Shown one piece after another: positions 8,853 through 22,316 of a stretch of 64,000 bases of DNA. How positions within the stretch are numbered: the first letter of the stretch is position 1; each line of letters opens with the position of its first letter. This DNA comes from Felis catus (Eukaryota): positions 10,480,001-10,544,000 of the forward strand of contig NC_058383.1 of the NCBI RefSeq assembly GCF_018350175.1, in the 5' to 3' direction. A program made the position numbers and the translations under genes. Under the pieces are notes generated by a model, which saw only the letters and a list, made by a program, of their open reading frames with translations, did no database searches and was not told the DNA's origin.

Positions 8853-10163
8853 GTGAGTAGAGACTCAGCCCCTGGGGACAGGGCAGAGTAGGGAGGGGCA
8901 GACAGAGGCAGGGGGCTGGGGTCCATCAGCCTAGGAGAGGGGAGCACATTTGGACTAGACCTAGCAGGGTATGGAGAGGCTGGGGGGAGCTGGACGCCCA
9001 CCCCCCATCCCTGCGTCTACCTCCGACATGCACACTCAGAGCTAAGAGTGGGCCCGGATCCCCCGGGCTCACCCCAAGCCAGCCCTGGCAGTTTTTCGCT
9101 CCCTGCTGCCCACCCCCACCCGGAGGAGCCAAGGAAAAGAGAAGGGATGTGGGGAAGGGAAGAACTCGGAGGAACAGGGAAGGAAAGAGAGAAAGCGGGA
9201 CAATAAACCCTAGAGTCAGGGAATTTGAGGGGTGGGTGGGGGACCCAAGGTGCCCCTAGCTGGGCAGGATGTACAGAGGCCATCACCCGGCCCAGAGCCA
9301 CACCCTCGCTCAACGATGCAGACGTGCCTCTGGGAGTGCGGGGGGCGGTCATGATCAGCACCCCCAAAGGCACCTCCCAGCAGTGCCCAAAGGAGACCCA
9401 AAGAAGCCCAGCTCCACTCCCGTGTGTGTTCAGGCTGCACATTCCCCTGCATCCCCACTACACAGAGGAGGCAGCTGAGGCCAGGGCAGGAGGAGGCAGA
9501 GGCAAGACCAGCCTGACCCTGTCCAGGGTACCCAGCTCTCCGTCAGGCACTATTTGATGCCTGTGGCCCTGTCACACTGTTTTCTAAGCCCCCAGCGTGA
9601 GCTTCACAGAGAGAAGCCTGTCCTGGTCCCGCTCGGCTGCCCGCTGCCACCAGGTGGCGGTAGGAGCCACGTCGAGCTCCAGGCCCTACTGGCAGACCGT
9701 GGTGCCTCAGTGGCTTAAAACAAGGCTTGCCCATCAGACAGTCCCCTGGAGGGGGCAGGAGTCCTGAGTGTGTGTCCCAGCTCAGCCGATACGAGTTCTC
9801 CCTTTCTCTGAGCCTGTTCATCTGATGCACCCTCACGTTTAGGAGGACCGTCTCCTCCAGACTCTGTCAGCTGTCCCTTCCCCTCCTTTCCCTTATGGGG
9901 ACTGCTCAGAGCTGCTGGCTAAAGGCTTCTCAAATACAGTAGACTCAGAAGATAGAGACCTGGTCCAGGCCAGGTCCCTTCCCCTCTCTGAGTCTTGATT
10001 GCATCACTATCCCTGCTCCCACCCAGCTGCCCACAAGGAGTTTGTGCAATGTGACGGCTCACATTGTGAGCTGTAAGAACAGCTCGGAGCTGGTCCGAGT
10101 GGGCAGGGGCTTGAGCGGGACCCAGAGGGGGCTGGACGGTCACGCGTGCCTCCTCCCACCCAG

Positions 10164-10207
10164 GTGGGGCCTGCCTGGGGAAATCCTGTGGCCGGAAGAG
10201 AAAGTGA
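10164..10207 (+). CDS. ELN: Tropoelastin exon 36, coding part (GGACLGKSCGRKRK*)
   Basis: acccag|; diagnostic C-terminus with two Cys and RKRK; TGA at 10205-10207. Confidence 0.98.
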
Positions 10208-11181
10208 GCTTCCCAGGACCGCTGACTCGCGACCTCATCAACGTTGGTGCTACTGCTTGGTGGAGAATGTAAACCCCTTGTGATCCCTCCCCCACTCCCC
10301 TTCCCCAGACCCCACCCCGGGAGGGGACAGGCCAGGCTGGGTGGCCTCGGAAATCCACAAAGCAAGGACACAAGAGTGGTGGCCAGGTGGGCCCCAGGAA
10401 GCCCCTTACTTCAGAGGCCAGGGGCGGGTGGGCTCGGCCCCCTGCCCCCACCCCCTTCCCACCCAGGAGCTCCCCCCTCCATTCGCTCTCCATCTCCAGG
10501 GGAACTTGGTGCTACATGCTGGTGCTCTCATCTTCCTGGGGGGGGAGGGAGGAGGGAAGGGCAGCCCCTCGGGGACCCCCTCCCCGGGGCTCCTCTGAAG
10601 ATGGTGCAGACACTTCCTGGGCAGCCCCATCTCCCCCTGCCCACCAGAACCTCTCCCCCCCACCTCGGCTGCGGTCCAGTTGGTACCCAAGCACCAAAAG
10701 CCTCAAGCTGGATTCGGTCCTACCACCTCTTGGCCCCCTCGTCTCCCACCTATTCCCCGTGGCTGGGACCCCTTTGGATGGGAACACCCCGCCCCCGCCC
10801 CCTGCCATCGGGAATAGCCCTCTTGCTCTTGTGGAATCCATCCACCCGTCTGCCCATCCGTCCATCCATCCTTGTCCCCAGTTGACCGCCCCGCACCACT
10901 AGCTGGCTGGGCGCCCCCACCGTCAACCTGGTTAACCTGTCCCGGCGGCCTGTGTCCTGCCTCCACCCCTCCACACCCCACCCCACCCCCCTACGATGGG
11001 GCCTGAGCACCCAGGGTGTGAGGAGCTGTGCCAGCTGGGGCAGCAGGAATCTCCTCCCCAACCTGGGTCCCCCCCATGCAGTACTGTAACCCCCAGCCCT
11101 CCCTCGAGCCACTGTATTTCAGAGCATTTCCCGCCCCTGCCCCGCCCATCTCTTTGTGTCTCGCTGTGATAGATCAATAAA
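10208..11181 (+). other. ELN: ELN 3'UTR with miR-29 sites (10245-10252, 10507-10514, 10520-10526), a miR-181 7mer (10265-10271) and a miR-101 8mer (11081-11088)
   Basis: Seed matches read directly: TGGTGCTA x2, TGGTGCT, GAATGTA, GTACTGTA. miR-29 regulation of ELN is established. Confidence 0.85.
11176..11181 (+). terminator. ELN: ELN polyadenylation signal AATAAA
   Basis: AATAAA followed by T/GT-rich sequence. Confidence 0.85.
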
Positions 11182-12837
11182 TATTTTATTTTTTGTCCTG
11201 GATATTTGGGGGCTGTTTTTGATTGTCGATGCTCTCTTGGTTTTATTCGCGTGGTTAATTAAAAAAAAATTTTTTTTTTTTTTCCTGATCTGGGGAGCTA
11301 TATCCCCAGCAGAAAATTCATTTTAATCACTTGGGTATAACTCCGGATGAAACATATTTTTTTTCCTTTAAATAAGAAAAGAGAATTAACTGCTTCAGAA
11401 AAGCCTAATAAGTGAAAACCTTTTGAAGGCAACGGTATCATGGCCTCCTCTGTATGGTCTCCTCTGCCCCAGGGACGGAAGGAACTTCCACACTTTGAGG
11501 TGTATTTGGGAGTGCTATTTACCAAAAATCACCTGCCCTTGGCTCCTGGCAGATCCATCCTTCTCCAACTTATCTGCCTTTTAACAATAAAGCCCCTTTA
11601 TAGGGGAAGCATGGCCAGCCGGCCCCACACATGCCCACTCCCGGAGGTCTCCCCTGAGGAGGTGGCTCACCCACCCAGCCACACCTTCCCCAGGCCTCCC
11701 CCTTAGGCCCAAGAGCTGGAGCACAGGGCCTAGTGGGTGGCCTCCAGATGCTGAGGGTGCAGCCGAAGGGGTGGAGAAAACAAAAATGACCCTGTGTCCA
11801 GACCAAACCCTCGGCCTTGGTGAACAGCCATGCAGACAAGGGAGATACGGCCCCACCTAAGAAAAAGGGGCGTTTCAGAGGGGCGTTTCCCTCTGAAACA
11901 TCCCCTCAAAGGAAGAGCCATTCACCCACACGGCCCACGGGAACATGCCCACGTGGAGCCCACAACTCCCCTTTGGAGCACGCCCTGCGTGTCAGATTCC
12001 AGAATCTCCTCCCCAAACCACCGATTCCACGTCCCAGGGCCCACGTGGCTTCAGGCCTCCCTCCGTCCGTCCTAGAGCCAACCCCCTGGCCGGTGGGCAG
12101 ACCCCCTAGGTCAGAAGGGTGGCGAGGGAGCTGTCTGTTGGGAGTGTGGGTGTCTGTGCGAGCAGCGCCAGGGGGAGGTCGGATGGAAAGCGAAGGCGGT
12201 GGGGTGATGCTCTGGGAGGATGTCCCAGAGGACAGAGGAGCGCAAAAAGCAATTCAGCAGGAAGAGCAGGGAGGAGGCTCAGGACAGCTGGAGTGCCTGG
12301 AGGGAGCGGGGAGGGGAGGAAAGGGGGGAGGGGTGGGTTCATGGAGACCCACAAGGGGACCGCTGTGACAGTCCGTGAGGGATGACACAGCTCACCCAAG
12401 AGTGGCGACAAAGGAGACTCACTCACTCACTCACTCACTCGTTCAACAAAAATATCCCTTGCTGGGGTGCCTGGGTAGCTCAGTTGACTAGCGGTCCCAC
12501 TGGCCTCAGGTCACGGTCTCGTGATTTGTGGGTTCAAGCCCAATATCAGACTCTGCGCTGGGTGTGGAGCCTGCTTGGGATTTCCCTCTCCCCCCATCCC
12601 AATAAATAAACAAATAAATAACTTTAAAACAAAAAAATCTCAATATCCCTTGCCGGTCCCCTCTCAACTCTCTGGCCTCTGAAAGTCTGCCAGGCCCAGC
12701 AGTCAGCCCATCAGTCTCCCTGCTTTGGTTTCTCATAGTTGATGGCTTTAAACACCACCCCTGCATTGGCGACTCCCAGAGTGACACCTTCAGCACAGAT
12801 CTCTCCCCTGGGCTCCGGACTAACACATCCAACTCTT

Positions 12838-13053
12838 TTTTTTTTTTTTTCAACGTTTATTTATTTTTGGGACAGAGAGAGACAGAGCATGAACGGGGGA
12901 GGGGCAGAGAGAGAGGGAGACACAGAATCGGAAACAGGCTCCAGGCTCCGAGCCATCAGCCCAGAGCCCGACGCGGGGCTCAAACTCACGGACCGCGAGA
13001 TCGTGACCTGGCTGAAGTCAGACGCTTAACCGACTGCGCCACCCAGGCGCCCC
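12838..13053 (-). mobile_element. Young full-length feline SINE (SINEC_Fc)
   Basis: Perfect 15-bp TSD acacatccaactctt (12823 and 13054), poly-T tract, CpGs intact. Confidence 0.93.
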
Positions 13054-13249
13054 ACACATCCAACTCTTCACACGTCCACCTGGGAGTCTCACGGACACCC
13101 CGCTGGAGCCCAGTCCCCCCACCTTCCACAGCCTGCCCCCTCCCGCCTTGCCCACCTAGGTGGCAGCTCGGGTGGCTCTCTGGTAGTCAGGCCAGCAGCT
13201 TCGCAGCCATCTGGGACCCCTCTCTCCTCACGCCCCACAGCAGACTGGC

Positions 13250-13920
13250 CAGCACATCCTGCAGCACGACCGCCTGAAGACCCCAGATTCCAGCCACTTC
13301 TCACAGCCTCCAGGGGTGGCGTCCCGGTCCCCCAGGAGCTCTTGCCCCAGTTACTGACACAGCTTCCTAACTGAGCTCCCTGACGCCCCCCCAGCCTTCT
13401 CTCCACGCAGCAGCCAAAACAATCCTTTTAAAACATACGTCAAGCCAAGTCAAGCACCTGCTCAAAATCCTGCCATGGCTCCCGGCTTACTCAGGGCCAA
13501 AGCCAGAGACCTTTTGATGGCCGAGGAGCCCCCACAGGAGTGTCCCGGCTGATCTGACCACGTGCCCTGCTACCTGGCCCTCTGCCAGGCCATGCACTTA
13601 CCCTGGCTCTCTCTCTCCCTTGTAGGGAGCAGCCCCCCCCCCCCCCCCCCCCCCGCCCGCCGCAGGCCTCTACATCTGCTGTCTCTCCTGCCCGGAGCGT
13701 TCTTCCCTCTGCTGTCAACGTGCTTGGCTCCCTCGCCTCCCTCAGTGACTCCAGTGTCACCTTCTCAGAAGGTCCTCCTCAGTCTCCGTTTCTAACATTA
13801 CAAACGGTACCCTCCTCCCTCACCTGTCCCTGCCTTTTCTCCAGAGCACCCGTCGCCATGTGACAGACCATGTATTACACTTCTTTTGTTCACTACCTGA
13901 CTCCGCACACCAGCGTTAAC
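13250..13920. mobile_element. Degenerate L2 LINE fragment
   Basis: L2-like motifs (ctccacgcagcagcc...atccttttaaaacat...ctgctcaaaatcc); boundaries approximate. Confidence 0.55.
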
Positions 13921-13944
13921 TCCCTGAGGATGAACACTGGTTTT

Positions 13945-14385
13945 TCTTTTAACGTTTATTTCTTTATGTTTGAGAGACAGAGAAAGCCAGAGCGCGAGCA
14001 GGGGAGGGGCAGAGAGAGAGGGAGACACAGAATCCGAAGCAGGCTCCAGGCTCTGAGCCGTCGGCACAGCCCCGGACGCGGGACTTGAATCCTAGAACTG
14101 TGAGATCATGACCTGAGCCGAAGTCGGATGCTCAACAGACCGAGCCACCCAGGCGCCCCTTAAACACTGTTTTCAGAATAAAATACAGGAGCACCTGGGT
14201 GACTCAGTCAGTTAAGCGACCGACTCTTGATTTCAGCTCATGGTTCATGAGGTCGAGCCCCTGCGTGGGGCTCTGCACTGACACCACGGAGCCTGCTTGG
14301 GATTCTGTCTCTCCCCCTCTCTCTGTCCCTCCTCCGCTTGCGCTCTTCGTCAAAAAATAAATCCATAAACTTAAAAAAGAACAAA
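13945..14385. mobile_element. Head-to-head pair of CAN-SINEs (- then +)
   Basis: SINE consensus on both strands. Confidence 0.85.
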
Positions 14386-14444
14386 ATACATAAACTCCTT
14401 GCTTTCATTAGTTATACACCCAGGTAGAGAGATGGCAAGTGAAG

Positions 14445-17162
14445 GTGTCGGGCTGATCATAGCCCCAAAGACATCCAGGTCCTAATCCCTGGACCCTTGT
14501 GAATATCACCGCCCTCCTCTGCTCAGGCTGCCATGGCCAAGTACTACAGACTAAGTGGCCTAAACAGCAGAAATGTGTTTTCTCACGGTTCTGGAGACCA
14601 GAAGTTCAAGATCAAGGTGCCCGCAGGGCTGGCTTCTTCTGAGACCTCTCTCTTTGTTTGTTCTCCTCCCTGTGTCTTCACATGGTGTTCGCTCTGGGCC
14701 TATCTGTTTGTGATTGCCTCTTCTCATAAGGACACCAGTCAGATTGGATCAGGGCCCATTCTAATAACCTCATTTCAACCTAATTGCCTCTTGCAAGGCT
14801 CTATCTCCAAATGCAGTCACATTCTGAGGTACTGGGGGTAGGACTTCAACATATGAATTTTGCAGAGATATAATTCAGCCCATGACATTTACCTTATATG
14901 CAAAAAGGGTCGTTGCAGATGTGATTCAGTGGACAGATTACCCTGGTTGGCCCTAAATGCCATCACAAGTATCCTAGGGGCGCCTGGGTGGCTCAGTCAG
15001 TTAAGCATCCGACTTCGGCTCAGGTCATGATCTCACAGTGTGTGGGTTCAAGCCCCAGGTTGGGCTCTGTGCAGACAGCTTGGAGCCTGGAGCCCGCCTC
15101 TTTTTTTTTTTTTTTTTTTTAATGTTTATTTATTTCTGAGACAGAGAGAGACAGAGAATGAGTGGGGGAGGGGCAGAGAGAGAGGGAGACACAGAATCCG
15201 AAGCAGGCTCCAGGCTCCGAGCTGTCAGCCCAGAGCCCGACGCGGGGCTCGAACTCACAAACCATGAGATCATGAACTGAGCCGAAGTCAGATGCTCAAC
15301 TGACTGAGCCACCCAGGCGTCCCTGGAGTCCGCTTCTGAGTCTGTGTCTCCCTCTCTCTCTGCCCCTCCCCTGCTTGCTCTCTGTCTCTCCCTCTCTCAA
15401 AAATAAATAAACATTAAAAAAAATTTTTTTTAAGTAGCCTTATAAGAATTTAGACAAGCTGTATGCCAATAAACTGGACAACCCAGAGGAAATATATAAA
15501 TTCCTAAAAACACACAACAAAGCAAGACTGAATCACGAATAAATAGAAAACGTGAAAAGACTAGTAACAAGCAAGGAGATTGAATCAGTCGTCAAAATTC
15601 TCCCAGGAAAGAAAAGCCCAAGACCAGATGGCCTCACTGGTAAATTCTACCAAACATTTAAAGAATTAACACCTATCCTCCTGAAACTCTCCCTCCCCAA
15701 AAAAAAGCTGAAGAGGAGGGAGCATTTCCAAGTTTATTCTAAGAGGCCAGCATTGCCCTGGCACCAAAACCAGACAAAAACACTACAAGAAGTGGGGCGC
15801 CTGGGTGGCTCAGTCGGTTAAGCGTCTGACTTCAGCTCAGGTCATGATCTCACGGCTCGTGGGTTCGAGCCCCATGTTGGGCTCTGCGCTAATAGTGCCT
15901 CTAGAGCCTGCTTGGGATTCTCTCTCTCCTCTCTCTCTCTCTGCACCTCCCTGATTTGCGCTTTCTCTCTCAAAATAAATAAATAAACTTACAAAAAAAA
16001 AAAAAGAAAATGGTTAAAAACAAAAACACTACACGAAGAGAAAACAACAGAGAGGGGACATCAGCAAGATGGCAGAATCCACATCCCCCCACAGAAACAA
16101 ATATTTGGCAGCCATTCATGGGTAAAAATGCCTTTATGGGAGCTTTGGGAGCTAGGTAGGAGGTGACACCTCGTGGAGCCCAAGACCCAGGATGCCCTCT
16201 TTTAGAAGGCAGGCCCACAGGGGGGGGCCTGTGGTTAAGTGTCCGACTTCGGCTCAGGTCATGAGCTCACAGTCTGTGGGTTAGGGCCCCGCATCGGGCT
16301 CCGTGCGGACAGCTCGGAGCCTGCAGCCCGCTTCAGATTCTGTGTCTCCCTCTGTCTCTGCCCCTCACCTGCTCACGCTCCGTCTCTACCTCTCTCTCTC
16401 TCTCAAAAATAACATTAAAAAAAAATTTTTTTTTTTTAATTAGAACTACCATAGGATCCAGCATTCCCACCTCTGGATATACATCCAAAAGAACTGAAAT
16501 CAGGGACTCAGATATTGCACAGCCATGGTCATGGCCGCATTACTCACAACAGCCAAGAGGCGGAAGCAACCCCGAAATCCATCAACGGATGAGTGGATAA
16601 AAACACGTGTATATCTATACAATGGAATATTATTCAGTCTGCAACACGGATGAGCCTGGAGAGCATGATGCTACATGAAATAAGCCTGTCACAAGACAAA
16701 TACTGGATGATTCCACTCACATGAGGTATCTAAAGCGGTCTAATTCCTAGAAACAGAAGGTAGAATGGTGGTCCCCGGGGACTCGGCGAGAGGGAGAGGA
16801 CCCCGCCCCCACCATGCTGCTGTTTAACGGTTACAGAGTTTCAGATTTAGAAAAGTTTTGGAGATCTGTTTCGCAACAGCTTGACTAACTTAGCACTACT
16901 GAAATGCACGCTTAAAAATGGTGAGGATGGTAAATTTATATTATGTGGGGGTTCTTGCTGCAATTTAAAACAGAAGAAGCCGGAAGAGGAAGGGAACTGA
17001 TTGTCCTCTAGAGCCTCCAGAGGGAGCGCAGCCTTTGCTTTGGGCTCAGCGAAACTGATTTCGGACTTCTGGTCTCCAGCACTGTGAGAACATTAATTTC
17101 TGTTGTTTTAAGCCACCGAGTTTGTGGTAATTTGCTACTGGCGGCCCCAGGAAACTGGAAAT
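14445..17162. mobile_element. Nested repeat block: MLT1-type MaLR LTR interrupted by a second MLT1 LTR, SINEs and L1 fragments
   Basis: MLT1 5' end at about 14445 and 3' end at about 16975-17160; L1 ORF2-like peptide in ORF 15552-15821 ([26 protein letters not shown]); L1 3' region at 16440-16970. Confidence 0.7.
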
Positions 17163-19849
17163 AAAGGATTAATTCTAATGTCGGGTGAATCCCTGCCATG
17201 AGGATTAAAGGCCAGGACAGAGGGGTGCCTGGCTGGCTTAGCACAAAGAGCATGTGACTCTTGATTTCAGGGTTGTGAGTTCGAGCTCCACGTTGGGTGT
17301 AGAGGTTAGTAAAAAAAATAATAATAATAATAAACTTTAAACATTTTTTCTTAAAACTTTTTTTAGGGGCACCTGGGTGACTCAGTTGGTCGAGCGTCTG
17401 ACATTGGCTCAGATCATGATCTCACGGTTTGTGAGTTCAGGCCCCGCATCAGGCTCTGTGCTGACAGCTCAGAGCCTGGAGACTGCTTCAGATTCTGTGT
17501 CTCCTTCTCTCTCTGTCCGCCCCCGCTTGCCCTCTGTCTCTCTCGCTCTCAAAAATAAACAAACATTTAAAAAAAATTTTTTTTTTTTTTAATAAAAGCC
17601 GAGAGAGAAGATACTGACAAAGAATGTTAGGTTCGGGATGGCTGGGGACACCTGACCTCCAGTCAAAGTCCCCGTGATTTGTAAGCACATGCTTGGGAAG
17701 TTAGAACTGCAGAAGAGGTGCCTGTGGTTAAAAAAAAAAAAAAAAAGTGAGCAAGGGGAGAAGAAATAAAAGCAAAGAAGTAGCCAGGGGCTAAGTCCTG
17801 TGAAGGCGGAGGTAAGGGCTTTGGGTTTAAAAGCAATATGTTCGGAGGCTCTGAAGATGAAGGGGCTATTGCACCCAGCTAGACCAGGGGGGAGGGAGCA
17901 GTGGTGGAATTCTGGACATATTTTGTGCAGCAAGTCAAGAGCATTTGCTGATGGATCAGGTGCATGGAACAGGAGGACAGAGTGAGAGAAAGCCACCCGC
18001 AAGTTTTGGCCTGAACCGCTAGATGATGGCAGTGTCACTTACTGAGATGAGAAACACCCACAGAAAAGCAGATCCAGGCACAAATCAAGAGCTCTGGCCT
18101 GGACACATGAAGTGTGAGGTGTCCATTTACTGTCAAAGTGGAGGTGCCACTTTGGGCTGACGCTTGGGTCCTTATGTCTCGCAGTTCAAAGACAGGACAG
18201 GGAGTCACCAAGCCACGTGTCTGGGTGAGGTCACCCAGAGTGGGTGAGAAGGGGACAGACTGTGCCTGACCACAGGGATCCCGTGATGCCAGCTCTTTTT
18301 GTCCCCAAGCTAGGACAGTCCAAGCTCTGGCCCCTGCCCTGAGTGACAGTCTTGGGCTCATCCTGTGACAGTGTTTCCATGGAGTCTCTTGTTTGTCATC
18401 AGCTTGTGTTCAGCCAGGCACCAATTTAGCAAGTTTGGACAAATCCTAATCATTGCCCTGGAGTAAATAGGCCTTTCCCACTGGGCTCCTGACCCCTCAT
18501 CTAGAAAATTTTTATCATGAACCCCATAAGTAAAATATTTTTGAGCAAACATCATATATATATTCGCCATTCGGATGGCAAACAGGCACCTAAAACATAA
18601 CACATCCGAGCCAGAGCTCTTAATTTGTTCCCAAATAACCTATGTTCATTACATAACCATGCAAAACCAGAGTTATCTAAACTCATCTAAAGATGAGATA
18701 AACAGGGGCATCTGGGTGGCTCAGTCAGTTAAGCACCTGACTCTTGGTTTCAGCTCAGGTCATGATCTCACAGTTTCATGAGCTCAAGCCCCGCATCAGG
18801 CTCTGTGCTGGCAGCTCGGAGCTTGCTTGGGATTCTCTCTCTCTCTGCCCCTCCCCCACTCACACTGTCTCTGTCTTTATCAAATAAATAAACAAATAAA
18901 CTTTTAAAAAATAAAGATGAGAGAAACAATATTTGAACAACTATAATATTTAAAAGAACAAAATCCCTCTTTTTGTTTTCGGTTAAAAAAAAAAAAAAGA
19001 TTTAATACCTTCTATGAGCAATGCTATTGAGTTCGTCAGATCTGTTGAGCCAGTCACTGATGTCACTGGGAACAGGGGCTGACACGTGTTAGCATCGTCT
19101 TCAATCTCTGCGTTCTTTTCAGGAATCTTTTGCAGCCACGAGTCCATTCTGTGAGCATTAGTTCTGTTAAAACCACTCAGCTAACAAGGCACAGGTCGAC
19201 TCTGTACTGTGGCCTTCTCACACCAATCTAAATATTAAGTATTTTAAAAAGCCCAGCTTCTTTCTTATCAGAAATTAAAATTCTAATATTTTCTTCCCTC
19301 CCCCAGGTAACTGTTTAGCACGGGTGGGGGGGAGGGGGTGGGGAGCGCCCTTGCCTTGCAGGCCATTGACTGCGGGCCCTGGCTAGAAGAGTCCTACACA
19401 GACGTGATTATCTATAGTCCAAGTCTGGCCAGCTCTCCCCCTTTGTTCCCTGGGCGCACCTGGCATGTTGCTCAAGCTCTCCACTCACCACTTCCCGGCG
19501 ATGGGATGCAGTGCGAGGATGGGTCTAAAGGGACAAAGGGTCGCGCCCCCTCCCCCAGGTCCAGTATTCTACGATTCTCCACTTCTAGGCAGCGCGGTCC
19601 ACCTTTTCAGGGCTCGACTGGGGGCCTGCGCTTTGGGGACGGCCCAATTGCTCCGGCCACTTCGCTCAGCCCAAACCCTGTTTCAGCTGCGTCCTCTCCT
19701 GCACCCCCTGCAGGGCGGCGCCAGCTCCAGGTCTCCAGCCCTGGGAAGAGCAAACCCCTGAGCACATCCGTCACAGCCGGCAGAGGTTCACTCCTCCCCA
19801 GACCCTCCTCCTTTAGCCCCCTGCCTAGCCGGTGAGGACCTGAGACGTG

Positions 19850-21000
19850 GACCCTCGGCTTCCCCCGCCGAGGCCTGCCCTCGCTGCAGGACCAGACCGG
19901 CGCCCGTCCCCAAGGCGACCGCCACAGTCCTCAGGGTCCACACTGCCTCCTGCATCCAGCTCGGATGTGTGGGGCTCTCCGCGGGGAAACCGAGGCCCCT
20001 TCCCTGGGCCTCTGCATCCCTCTAGGATGCCGCACCCGAGCTTCCCCTCCGACGCCGCAGTTCTCGGCTTACGGGTCTCAGCCTTGGGGCTCCCAGCACG
20101 CGCTTGGGGCTCCCGGGAAGATGAATGAAAGGGCGGGGCGGGGCGCCGCCGAGGGCGCGGGGCGGGGCCGCGCAGGGCAGTTCCGCAGCTCGCCCGCGCC
20201 CCGCCCCGCCCCCGTGCCGCAGCTCCAGGCCCCGCCCCGGCCCGCCCCTCCGCTCCCTCCCCAGGCCGCCGCGGAGCGGAGCCGGAGCCGGTGCCGGAGC
20301 CGGTGTCCGAGAGGCGGCGGCGGCGCCGCGAGCCCCGAGCCCACTCCGGCCCGGCCCGCGCTCTCCGCCTCCGCCTCCCGGGCCGGCGGCGGCGGCGGCG
20401 GCTGCGGGCGAGCTCGCGGGGCCCGGGCCGCCCCCAGCCCCAGCCCGCCGGGCCCCGCCCCCCGCCGAGTGCATGAGGTTGACGCTACTTTGTTGCACCT
20501 GGAGGGAAGAACGTATGGGAGAGGAAGGTGCGCGGGGTGCGGGCCGGGCCGGGCGCCCGCCGGGGGCCGGGCGGGCGGGGGCGCCGCGTCGGGGCGGCCG
20601 GGCGAGCGGGGGCACGGGAGGGGGCCGGGCCGGGTGGCCGCGGAGGCCGGGTCTGCTGCGAGGCCGCGCCCCTGCCTCCTCGGGGATGAGCTCGCCCTTC
20701 CCGAGCCGGCAGGCCCCTCCCTGACACGCTCCCACCCTGTTTCCCCCTCCTCGGCCCGGCGGGGTGGGTCCCTCCTCCCTTTCATCCCCGCCTGCCCCAT
20801 CCCCCGACCGAAGACCACCCCGGAGGAGTCCCAGGCGCTGCCTGCCCGCCCCGGCCTCCATCCGCGTGCCTTGCCCACCCGGGGCTCGCACTGGGGCCAC
20901 CCCTTATCCTGGCTCTAAGCCGGCCGGGAAGAAAGAGGTGCTGGGGAAGCCGTAGCCCTGGGTCCGAGTTGCCCGCCCCGCTCCGTGACCTTGAGCCAGG
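19850..21000 (+). promoter_or_regulatory. LIMK1: CpG island / TATA-less LIMK1 promoter with GC boxes
   Basis: Very high GC and CpG density; multiple GGGCGG/CCGCCC at 20150-20250; contains exon 1. Confidence 0.92.
20473..20527 (+). CDS. LIMK1: LIM domain kinase 1 exon 1 (MRLTLLCCTWREERMGEEG)
   Basis: Recognised LIMK1 N-terminus with di-Cys palmitoylation motif; donor G|gtgcgc; 55 nt. Confidence 0.97.
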
Positions 21001-22219
21001 CGCTACGTGTCAGGCCTCAGTTTCCCCGTCTTGACAACTGGGGGCTGGGTAATTGGCCCCCGGTACTGGTGGTTGTGGGCCCGGATGGGCAGAGCAGAAA
21101 TATACCTCCTCCAAGGAACCGTCGACAGTATCCTGGGGGCCCCCACCTCCTCTCTCTGCACCAAACTCAATGCCTGCATCAGTCTTGACTGGGAGGATGA
21201 CTTTCATCCTAGCCTCCTTTTCAGTCCCTTCCCCCTTACCAGGAGGCCCAAGGATTGGGTTGCAGGACAGTTAGGGTATAAAGACCCCCGAGACTCCCTC
21301 CCTGGGGTCCTCTTCCCGGGGTTCCCCCAACAGCCATCACACAGGCTCACCTGGTCCAATGCAGGTCCTGTTTATGCCAACCCGCTCCAGCCCTGCCCCA
21401 GGCCCTTGAAGGCCTACTTGGGACAAGGGCCCACCTCACTGTCACCCCTGTCTTAGGTTCCTGTGTCCTCATGGAAGGACAGGCTGTGGCCTGGGAGCCT
21501 AACTGTATGTCCAGGCAAGCCTTACCCTCTCCAGGACTCAGTCTCCCCATCTGTACAATGGGGAGGGGCAGGTTTGGGGGATTCGCCAGGGCCCACCCAG
21601 CTCCAAGGATACCAGGCCCCTAGGATGACTAAGCATGCCTGGTGGCGGGCTTAAAGGGGTGCCAGTCGTCCTCAGAGCAGGTGTCGGGGAGTGCCCAGCT
21701 CTGCAACCCCAGCAGCCCCTCATAAGCCCAGGCATCGCCAAGCCTCAGACGAAGCATGAAGCACCTCTGGGCTTCCTTGCCTTTCTCCTTCTGTAGGGGC
21801 TTCAGCCCCAGATGTTCCAGCCCAGTCCTTACTCTTTGAAGGTTCCTCTTCCTGGGCAGGCAGGGGAGGAGAGGGGCTGCGACAAGAGAGTTACCTGCTG
21901 CCTTATCCTTAAATCCTGCTGCTTTCTTTCTCCCTATCGACCTTGCCAGACAGTAGCTGAAGTTGAAGAAGGCTGTTGCTGGAGGGTGGGCATCTGATTC
22001 CCCTCTTGAGTTTACAGATAGGGAAACCGAGGCCCAGAGAGGCCTAGCAACTTAGCCAAAGTCTCAGCAAGACTCTCAGACCTGCATCCTTTATCCTTCT
22101 GCTCGGCACAGTGCCTGGGCGCTGCCTGTGTGTGCACAGGGATGGGCAAGTCCACGTGGGATGGGCAGGGCAGGCTGGGCCTCCGAAGAATGGTTCCTGA
22201 CTCCCTGTCCGCTTTGCAG

Positions 22220-22316
22220 GAAGTGAGTTGCCCGTGTGTGCGAGCTGCGGCCAGAGGATCTATGACGGCCAGTACCTCCAGGCCCTGAATGCTGACTGGC
22301 ACGCAGACTGCTTCAG
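22220..22316 (+). CDS. LIMK1: LIMK1 exon 2 (LIM1)
   Basis: [36 protein letters not shown]; 97 nt. Confidence 0.97.

Noticed and set aside
12739..13029. Recurrent ORFs such as MAQSVKRPTSAQVMIS and GRGRERGRHRIRSRLQ across the window
   Set aside because: Translations of CAN-SINE copies, not genes
15552..15821. Reverse-transcriptase-related ORF
   Set aside because: Short decayed L1 ORF2 fragment running into a SINE
20125..20472. Upstream in-frame ATG that would add 116 aa to LIMK1
   Set aside because: It lies among or upstream of the promoter GC boxes, probably 5' of the TSS. An open frame is expected by chance at this GC content and there is no other support.
19965..20918. Long ORFs on both strands (up to 317 aa)
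   Set aside because: Stop-codon depletion in a CpG island; low-complexity G/A/P/R peptides. Only 20473-20527 is LIMK1 coding.
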